Below, piece by piece: positions 26,554 to 32,000 of a stretch of 32,000 nt of DNA. The stretch's first letter is position 1. Each line of letters starts with the position of its first letter. The position numbers were made by a program, and so were the translations under genes. The notes below the pieces were generated by a model. That model worked only from the letters and a program-made list of their open reading frames with translations, did not search any database and was not told where the DNA came from. Source of the DNA: an uncultured Opitutales bacterium (lineage in GTDB: Bacteria > Verrucomicrobiota > Verrucomicrobiia > Opitutales > Intestinicryptomonadaceae); assembly GCA_934660865.1 (NCBI GenBank), contig CAKUIA010000001.1, positions 150,001 to 182,000 of the forward strand. Direction: 5' to 3'.

Positions 26554-26598
26554 CGGCGGCCAATTCCTTTTTTTGGAACAACGGTTAAACCGCCGCCG
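26554..26598 (-). promoter_or_regulatory. GC-clamp hairpin in the porin-metY leader
   Basis: Plus-strand CGGCGGC (26554-26560) pairs with GCCGCCG (26592-26598). An inner hairpin TTCC-T7-GGAA lies at 26564-26578. No U-run follows on either strand. Confidence 0.45.
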
Positions 26599-26695
26599 CA
26601 AACATTCGCATAGAACAACAACAGCTTTGTTTTTCGCTTATAAGATCGTAAAAATCTTTGTTGTGTGAAAATTGCCTGTAAGTTTCAAATTTCAT
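26585..26695 (-). CDS. candidate leader-peptide sORF (36 codons) with three consecutive Cys codons
   Basis: Minus-strand ATG at 26695 through TAA at 26587-26585. Translation: MKFETYRQFSHNKDFYDLISEKQSCCCSMRMFAAAV. It is below the length cutoff of the ORF track. Confidence 0.3.
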   Translation of the reverse strand: MKFETYRQFSHNKDFYDLISEKQSCCCSMRMFAAAV

Positions 26696-26781
26696 TATGT
26701 CTACCGTTATGGTAATGTATTTTTAAAAGTCAACACATTTTTTAAAAATTTTTTATTTTTTAGTAAAATAGCCGTATAACT

Positions 26782-26809
26782 TGCATATTTACTGCATATT
26801 TTTGCATAT
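26782..26809. repeat. three direct TGCATAT repeats at 10-11 bp spacing
   Basis: TGCATAT occurs at 26782-26788, 26793-26799 and 26803-26809, in the 573-bp divergent intergenic region. Confidence 0.8.
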
Positions 26810-27032
26810 ATTCGCCCGATTTGCCCCAAATATTTTTCATAATATAGGCAATATAAAAGCCATTCACTACTTTTTTAATAGCGTAATATGCGCAACAGGA
26901 AAATGTGCGGCTAAAATGCGTATGCAATAAACGAATAAATAAAACAACAGTGCTTTTATTTTGAGAATACAACAGCCAAAAAAGTTTCCGATAAAAACAT
27001 GTGGCAACCTACAATTTATCCACCAATAAAAA

Positions 27033-27554
27033 ATGAGAATCTTTACCGCTATTTTGCTTATAATTTTGTGCATATTCCTGTTCGATTGCTCAACGCAGCC
27101 CAAGCTTGAGCCGCAGACCGCGCAAAATATAGACATAAGAAAATATATGGGGCTTTGGCACGAGGTTGCGCGCTCGAAAAACCTTTTTGAAAACAACATT
27201 GTAAGCGCCCAAGCCCAATATTCGCTAAATGCCGACAACACCGTAAGCGTGCTAAACACAGGCACGCGCAAAAACGGCATAACAAAAAACATAAAAGGCA
27301 AAGCCTACGCCCCAAACCTGCACGACTTTTCAAAGCTAAGGGTTACATTTTTTTGGCCCTTTTACGGCGACTACAATATTTTGGCCGTAGGCGAAAACTA
27401 CAACTGGGCGCTTGTAGGCGGCGACAAATATTTGTGGATACTTTCCAGAACCATTCCCATACCCAGAAGCGAGCTAAACGACATTCTGCAAAAAGCAGCC
27501 TCTTTAGGCTACACAACCGACAACCTAATATACAACCAAAACACGGTAAAATAA
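27033..27554 (+). CDS. blc: bacterial lipocalin (Blc-like)
   Basis: YMGLWHEVAR (lipocalin motif 1), later YAPNLHDFSKLRVTFFWPFYGDYNILAVGENYNWALVGG...LWILSR. Signal peptide with Cys19; the lipobox LFDC is atypical. Confidence 0.88.
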   Translation: MRIFTAILLIILCIFLFDCSTQPKLEPQTAQNIDIRKYMGLWHEVARSKNLFENNIVSAQAQYSLNADNTVSVLNTGTRKNGITKNIKGKAYAPNLHDFSKLRVTFFWPFYGDYNILAVGENYNWALVGGDKYLWILSRTIPIPRSELNDILQKAASLGYTTDNLIYNQNTVK

Positions 27555-27603
27555 GCTTTGTATTTTTTGATGTAAATTATAACAAAAACAAAAAATACAA
27601 AGC
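27555..27603. terminator. 14-bp perfect AT-rich inverted repeat between the convergent blc and activase genes
   Basis: GCTTTGTATTTTTT (27555-27568) / AAAAAATACAAAGC (27590-27603), with a 21-nt loop. Confidence 0.45.
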
Positions 27604-27610
27604 GACAAAC

Positions 27611-28393
27611 TCACGGCAAACTTACGGTTTTTTTTGTCAATCCAGAGAGTTTTTCTGCAATTATTTTTCCGTAATATAAATCGGGCATATCCGCCTTAAA
27701 GTACGGCTTTTTCAAAGCGATAGCCTTTTCTATACCGAAGGGAACATATGGTTCTATATGAATCTCCGACACCGACGAAAACGAATTTGCCATGTCTGCA
27801 ATTTTTTGCAAACAAAACCCGCTGTCGTTTAAAGAAGGAATCATAGGGCACCGCAAGAAAATGCGAGTACATGCATATTCGGCATTTTCCGCAATAGCCT
27901 TGTCTATAAAATTAAGATTATCAACAACTACATTTAACGGCTTGCCCGTATATTCAAAATGCTTTTTTTCGTCTAAAATTTTTATGTCAAAAAGCCATAA
28001 ATCTACCAACGGCAAAAAGCGCGCAAGCACAGACTTTGCAGCATAACCGCTAGTTTCCACCGCCGTATGCACCCCGTGCGATTTTGCGCCTTCCAACAAC
28101 TCAACAGCAAAATCGGGCGCAGCCAAAACCTCTCCACCCGAAAGCGTAAGCCCGCCAGCCGACGCATCGTAAAAATCCTTGTCTTTTAAGACTTCGTTTA
28201 AAACCGCCTTAGCAGACATTACTTTGCCTATAGGCGTTCCGTCGGGATACTGCCCTATTCCGAAATCCTGACTTTCTGGAGAATGGCACCAAATGCAGCG
28301 CAACGGACACCCCCTAAGGAACACAACAGTGCGTATTCCGGGGCCGTCGTGGGTTGAAAATTTGTCTATTTTTAAGACAACCGCTTTTTGCAT
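27611..28393 (-). CDS. glycyl-radical enzyme activating protein (radical SAM, short PflA-like form)
   Basis: FSTHDGPGIRTVVFLRGCPLRCIWCHSPES (CxxxCxxC at 28286-28309) and GGLTLSGGEVL. The ATG at 28393 puts 28 aa before the first Cys, as in PflA. The ATG at 28477 would overlap the GRE by 79 nt. Confidence 0.88.
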   Translation of the reverse strand: MQKAVVLKIDKFSTHDGPGIRTVVFLRGCPLRCIWCHSPESQDFGIGQYPDGTPIGKVMSAKAVLNEVLKDKDFYDASAGGLTLSGGEVLAAPDFAVELLEGAKSHGVHTAVETSGYAAKSVLARFLPLVDLWLFDIKILDEKKHFEYTGKPLNVVVDNLNFIDKAIAENAEYACTRIFLRCPMIPSLNDSGFCLQKIADMANSFSSVSEIHIEPYVPFGIEKAIALKKPYFKADMPDLYYGKIIAEKLSGLTKKTVSLP

Positions 28394-28398
28394 GGACT

Positions 28399-30768
28399 CT
28401 ACACAAGCCTGTGTCGTTCTATAACCTCGTTTTGCCAACGTTCCGACAAAGCGACAAAACGCGCAGAAAAACCGCATACTTTCACCATTAAATCCATGTG
28501 GCGTTCGGGGTGCTTTTGCGCGTCTATAAGGTCTTCTACAGAATTGCAGTTAGGCTGCAAAAGGTGCCCGCATTTCTTTGCAAAAACCCTAAATATGGCG
28601 GCAAAAGTCTCGGCACTCATAGCGTGCTTGTCGAAAGTAAGATTGGCGTTCGATGCAATCAGACATTCGTGAGGAAGCGTTGCGATAGAGTTCAAAACCG
28701 TTGTAATACCCTCTTTGCAGCGGTATTCGCTGGGCGAAAATCCCTGCGCAAAGCGGTCGCCGTTGTACCTGCCGTCGGGAGTCGCCTTTGCACCGTTTCC
28801 CCAATACATAAACTCTCTATATATCAAAATCGCCAAGTGGTACGAATCGTTTTGGTCGGTCGTAAAACCCTCTATGTCGTCGTGAATTTTCCGCATCCAC
28901 CACACCATTTGCTCGCACGACTTTTTCGAACCGTCGCCCCAATACGGAGCCTTTAACACCTCTGCGCGCAAACGTTGTCCGTCGTCGCCCTCCCAGTTGT
29001 TTCGAACGGCATTCAGCAGCTCTTTTATAGTGCAAATTTTTTTGTCGAAACAAACGTATTCTATTGCCAACAGCGAATCCACAACATTGCCCAAAAACGC
29101 CAAAGTGATTACGCGCGGGCGAGATGCTACACCGCCGTCGGTAGTATCGCGTCGGCTTTCTATTGCACCTTTTAGACACATAGAATATACGGGATAAGGC
29201 GAAACCTTCGCAATTTGCCTTCCGTACCTAGTATATTGCCCCATCGCACTCCTGAAAAACTTTATAAAATTCCTGTATGCAATGCGCTGCGCATCGCCCG
29301 CGCTCTTTGCGTTTTGCAGGGGTTCAATTTCTATTTGCGCCTCTTTTTCTAAATTTTTATCCTGGTATATTGAAAGCTCCAAAGTTCTTACAACGGAAAC
29401 ATAGTTTGCGTCGTCTACGTCCATTACCGAATCTATGTAGCCATTCCAACAACCGCACGCAACATATTCCCTTGCATCCTCGTCAGAAAAACCGCAATTT
29501 TTGTAATATGGAATATGGCGGTCGTCGTTAAACAGCGCAAACACACAATGCCCCTTCATAAGCATATCTCCGATTTGCAGGAAATATTCTTGCGGCGAAT
29601 TAGACGATATCCTGCAATGCAATTTTGGGAATACACAATCTGCGGCATAGTGCATTTCTATAAACATTTTTGTTAGGTCGTTATACACTACGTTCCCGTA
29701 TTTGTCGCACCCGCCCAATGTTATGGGAATTTCCATTTCGTGGTCGTCGTATCCGTCTACCTTGCGCATACCGTCGTGATGGCAATCGGCGGTAATCATA
29801 AATTTTGCAATCAATTCCTTTGCCTGGGCTACAGTTAAACGCCCTTCGGCTATGTCGGCCTTGTACAGGCCATACAGCCAAGCATCGCAACGCCCCATTG
29901 CATACACAGAAACCCCGTCTATATAGCCGAGTATTTCGCGCATAAACCAAAGAGTGTTTAGCCCTTCGTAAAATGTTTTCGGCGGTTCCCACGGGCAACG
30001 CTTTGCGGATTGCGCAATCATATTAAAGTTATTGCGCTGCCTTTCGGTTAAAGACGGGTCTTTTAAACGCCTTTCTGCTTCGTCTGCAAACGAAAGCTGT
30101 ATCTTATGCAGCGTTTTCAATCCTTCAATAGCTGTCTGCAACTCCTTTTTGCCCAATATATCGTCGCTTGGACAGCTCTTTAACGCTGCTTGAACATCGG
30201 CATAAACGCCGCCAAAACCCTTGCTTAAAATTGTTCTCGCAGGTGGAATATGGTGAATTGAATCGACAAAAGGCCCGCAACAAAGCGTGAGGCGTTCTTT
30301 ATTGCGCCTCTTGAACACCTTAAAGGCTTCGTCGGGAATCAAGTTTTTTTCACGGTAAAAACGCGAACAAAGATGCCAAGCCATTCTGGCTGGGCGCGCT
30401 CCCGCCCAGCCACCGTTTACGCCAGCTTCAAAATAAAACGGCGATTCGGTAAAAATAAACGGGACAAAGTGCGTACGCATAGACTCGTACAATTTTTTGC
30501 GTATATCCAATGCATCATAATTGGGGTTGAGTTTTGTATACGCGATTATTTCGCTCTGAATTTTCTTTACGCTGTCTATTTGTCTAATGTCTTTTGCTTT
30601 ACCGTGGCATTCGTCAGGATAAAAAGCGCGAAGCTGCTTGCGTAAAGCCGCATAGTCTTCGGAGCAATTTAAACTTGAAGCCCCAAGCACGCCATTGCCG
30701 GCAAAAACCGTTGCAGTTGCTGCCATAGCCGTATTTTTTAAAAAATTTCTCCTCGATATCATATACAT
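28399..30768 (-). CDS. PFL2/glycerol-dehydratase-type glycyl radical enzyme with an N-terminal twin-arginine signal
   Basis: C-terminal VKVCGFSARFVALSERWQNEVIERH (Gly766 at 28471-28473). Cys loop AREYVACGCWNG (Cys440 at 29449-29451). N-terminus MYMISRRNFLKNTAMAATATVFAGNGVLGASS. Confidence 0.88.
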   Translation of the reverse strand: MYMISRRNFLKNTAMAATATVFAGNGVLGASSLNCSEDYAALRKQLRAFYPDECHGKAKDIRQIDSVKKIQSEIIAYTKLNPNYDALDIRKKLYESMRTHFVPFIFTESPFYFEAGVNGGWAGARPARMAWHLCSRFYREKNLIPDEAFKVFKRRNKERLTLCCGPFVDSIHHIPPARTILSKGFGGVYADVQAALKSCPSDDILGKKELQTAIEGLKTLHKIQLSFADEAERRLKDPSLTERQRNNFNMIAQSAKRCPWEPPKTFYEGLNTLWFMREILGYIDGVSVYAMGRCDAWLYGLYKADIAEGRLTVAQAKELIAKFMITADCHHDGMRKVDGYDDHEMEIPITLGGCDKYGNVVYNDLTKMFIEMHYAADCVFPKLHCRISSNSPQEYFLQIGDMLMKGHCVFALFNDDRHIPYYKNCGFSDEDAREYVACGCWNGYIDSVMDVDDANYVSVVRTLELSIYQDKNLEKEAQIEIEPLQNAKSAGDAQRIAYRNFIKFFRSAMGQYTRYGRQIAKVSPYPVYSMCLKGAIESRRDTTDGGVASRPRVITLAFLGNVVDSLLAIEYVCFDKKICTIKELLNAVRNNWEGDDGQRLRAEVLKAPYWGDGSKKSCEQMVWWMRKIHDDIEGFTTDQNDSYHLAILIYREFMYWGNGAKATPDGRYNGDRFAQGFSPSEYRCKEGITTVLNSIATLPHECLIASNANLTFDKHAMSAETFAAIFRVFAKKCGHLLQPNCNSVEDLIDAQKHPERHMDLMVKVCGFSARFVALSERWQNEVIERHRLV

Positions 30769-30909
30769 AACATTTTGATTTTAGTATCCGAAGCGACATG
30801 GTATTTTACCACCGCAAAATTACAAGTAAAAAAAACTTTATCACAACTATTCCCGCAATAATTCCAATATTGCGCTACGGAAATTCAAAAAAATACAAAT
30901 TTAGGGCAC

Positions 30910-30935
30910 CTACCAACCTAATCTACAACCTAAAT
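30910..30935. repeat. tandem imperfect 13-nt direct repeat upstream of the GRE operon
   Basis: CTACCAACCTAAT (30910-30922) followed directly by CTACAACCTAAAT (30923-30935). An inverted TTAGG lies at 30901-30905. Confidence 0.7.
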
Positions 30936-31059
30936 GCAGTAGAATACGATTAGAAACTTAAACACTGCAAAAAATACAGTTTCATTTATTTGTTATAAAA
31001 TTGTTTTTCAAAACACAACAACAAAACAACAAGCACAAAACCGAACCGCCCGCAAACCC

Positions 31060-31093
31060 AATAAAAATGCGGGTTTTCCGAAGAAACCCGCAT
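31060..31093 (-). terminator. intrinsic terminator after tRNA-Thr
   Basis: Minus-strand GCGGGTTT / AAACCCGC (plus 31069-31076 / 31084-31091) followed by TTTTATT (plus AATAAAA 31060-31066). Confidence 0.75.
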
Positions 31094-31105
31094 AAAAATT
31101 AACCG

Positions 31106-31178
<73 letters not shown>

Positions 31179-31214
31179 CAAGTATTAAAGCTGTTTATGA
31201 AAGCACTAGCGTGT

Positions 31215-32000
31215 TTATTTTGCAAGCTTTTTTTGATTTAAAATTACGTCTTTGCCGAAAATCCTTCTAATTATGTAATAAAATACGGGGGTCATTAAAC
31301 AGCCGCATATTGTTACGCCCAACATACCGAACAAAACCGATGTTCCCAATGCCTGCCTTAGCTCGAAACCCGAGCCCGTGCCGTATGCCAAAGGAACTAC
31401 GCCCAAGATAAATGCAAAAGATGTCATCAAAATGGGGCGCAAGCGGTTTTTGGAAGCATTGCTTACTGCGCTTACAATCTCCTCGCCCCTTGCCTCTCTT
31501 TGCTTTGCAAATTCGACAATCAAAATCGCGTTTTTGCAGGCAAGGCCTATAAGCACAACAAAGCCTATTTGCGACATTATGTTGTTGTCCATTCGCCTAT
31601 AATCTATGCCGAGCACCGCAAACAAAAGCACCAGCGGCACAATAAGTATAACCGAAAGGGGAATTGTCCAGCTCTCGTACAGCGCCGAAAGCAAAAGAAA
31701 AATAAACACAACGCACACGCCGAAAATATACAGCGCGGTGTTGCCCGCCTTGCGTTCCTGATAAACAAGGTCTGTCCACTCTATGCCCATGCCCACGGGC
31801 AAAATTTGGCGGGCAAGCTCTTCTATTTGGTTGGCAACATAGCCCGTGCTATAGCCCTTTTTAAGGTTGCCCTGAATGGGCGCGCTTGAATAAAGGTTAA
31901 ACCTTTCCACACGGTCGGGGCCAATGCCGCGCCTTATTTTTACAAGCGAGCCGAACGGAACGCTTTTGCCGTTTTTGCTGGGAACTTTTAAGTTGTATAT
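31215..32000 (-). CDS. RND efflux pump inner-membrane subunit (AcrB/HAE1 family), C-terminal part only; continues past the window edge
   Basis: The C-terminal TM bundle IFLLLSALYESWTIPLSVILIVPL...GLACKNAILIVEFA...RLRPILMTSFAFILGVVPLA is typical of AcrB. The frame stays open from 31910 to 32000 (…NLKVPSKNGKSVPFGSLVKIRRGIGPDRVERFN). Confidence 0.88.
   Translation of the reverse strand: MYNLKVPSKNGKSVPFGSLVKIRRGIGPDRVERFNLYSSAPIQGNLKKGYSTGYVANQIEELARQILPVGMGIEWTDLVYQERKAGNTALYIFGVCVVFIFLLLSALYESWTIPLSVILIVPLVLLFAVLGIDYRRMDNNIMSQIGFVVLIGLACKNAILIVEFAKQREARGEEIVSAVSNASKNRLRPILMTSFAFILGVVPLAYGTGSGFELRQALGTSVLFGMLGVTICGCLMTPVFYYIIRRIFGKDVILNQKKLAK

Noticed and set aside
26460-26760. Search for a SAM (S-box, SAM-II/V) riboswitch upstream of porin-metY.
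   Set aside because: I could not match the S-box core or place a SAM-II-type pseudoknot next to the start codon. A hairpin AAGAU-UUUUACG-AUCUU followed by ...AAAGCUG is suggestive but too weak. It is left as a computational check rather than a call.
27016-27024. DnaA-box-like TTATCCACC just upstream of blc, in a long AT-rich intergenic region.
   Set aside because: It is a single 8/9 match with no cluster of boxes, no adjacent dnaA or dnaN, and no AT-rich 13-mer array. This is not enough to call an origin.
27156-27169. Sigma54-like TGGCACGAGGTTGC.
   Set aside because: The GG-to-GC spacing is one nt too short, and the element lies inside the blc coding sequence (it encodes LWHEVA of the lipocalin motif).
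26760-27301. 70-aa and 144-aa minus-strand ORFs in the porin/blc intergenic region, running antisense into blc.
   Set aside because: They lie in an AT-rich, low-complexity region, and the longer one mostly overlaps the well-supported blc gene on the opposite strand. There is no motif or plausible start context.
28394-28477. Longer activase start (ATG at 28477), overlapping the GRE by 79 nt.
   Set aside because: The extension (MRFFCAFCRFVGTLAKRG...) is the off-frame reading of the GRE glycyl-radical domain. The ATG at 28393 reproduces the PflA spacing to the CxxxCxxC motif.
30775-30788. FNR/CRP-like TTGATTTTAGTATC next to the GRE start.
   Set aside because: The right half-site matches ATCAA at only 1 of 5 positions, and the element sits 7-20 nt from the ATG, which is the wrong position for an anaerobic activator.
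30986-31093. 35-codon sORF (MRVSSENPHFYWVCGRFGFVLVVLLLCFEKQFYNK) upstream of the GRE operon.
   Set aside because: Its ATG lies inside the stem of the tRNA-Thr terminator, and the hydrophobic stretch comes from a GT-rich low-complexity tract. It has no supporting context, unlike the metY-leader sORF.

Overview
This 32 kb window looks like ordinary chromosome from an anaerobic diderm (Gram-negative) bacterium. I cannot assign a taxon from the sequence alone. It is densely coded: about 33 protein genes, one of which (an RND pump) runs off the right edge, plus two tRNAs, tRNA-Glu(CUC) and tRNA-Thr(UGU). I saw no rRNA, CRISPR array, transposase, integrase, phage genes or recognisable defence genes.

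Gene content, left to right:
- Translation cluster: rpsR, tsaC/sua5, rplU, rpmA.
- A minus-strand operon: P-II, stand-alone ArnA decarboxylase domain, ArnD deformylase, secreted EEP-family hydrolase.
- queG and a HAD hydrolase, then an esterase.
- MFS transporter, GntR/LacI-hybrid regulator, KDPG aldolase.
- A six-gene minus-strand cluster: secreted coiled-coil protein, 2-hydroxyacid dehydrogenase, cysE, NSS transporter, coupled small membrane protein, BNR/Asp-box protein.
- A 268-aa orphan, a YhcH-like protein, cstA, and an HdeD-like protein.
- A 729-aa orphan with an EF-hand loop and three transmembrane (TM) helices.
- A DUF805 protein.
- Porin-metY operon.
- Lipocalin Blc.
- A glycyl radical enzyme (GRE) with its activase.

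Shine-Dalgarno motifs are obvious for a few genes (rpmA, the EEP gene, metY) and absent for many. Several long N-terminal extensions in the ORF track begin at TTG or GTG, and I trimmed them to internal ATGs that fit the family N-termini.

Candidates most worth follow-up:
1. The PFL2-type GRE carries a textbook twin-arginine (SRRNFLK) export signal and has a G-C-W-N Cys loop instead of G-C-x-E.
2. A 36-codon sORF ending ...SCCCSMRMFAAAV lies in the long leader of the porin-metY operon. Its stop is embedded in a GC-clamp hairpin, which would fit a Cys/Met-sensing leader peptide.
3. The monocistronic 729-aa EF-hand/TM protein has no function I can assign.
4. A P-II signal protein heads an incomplete Ara4N (arnA-DH/arnD) envelope-modification operon.
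5. cstA sits behind two terminator-like hairpins with no room for a promoter after them.

All homology calls come from reading motifs by eye. None has been checked against a database.
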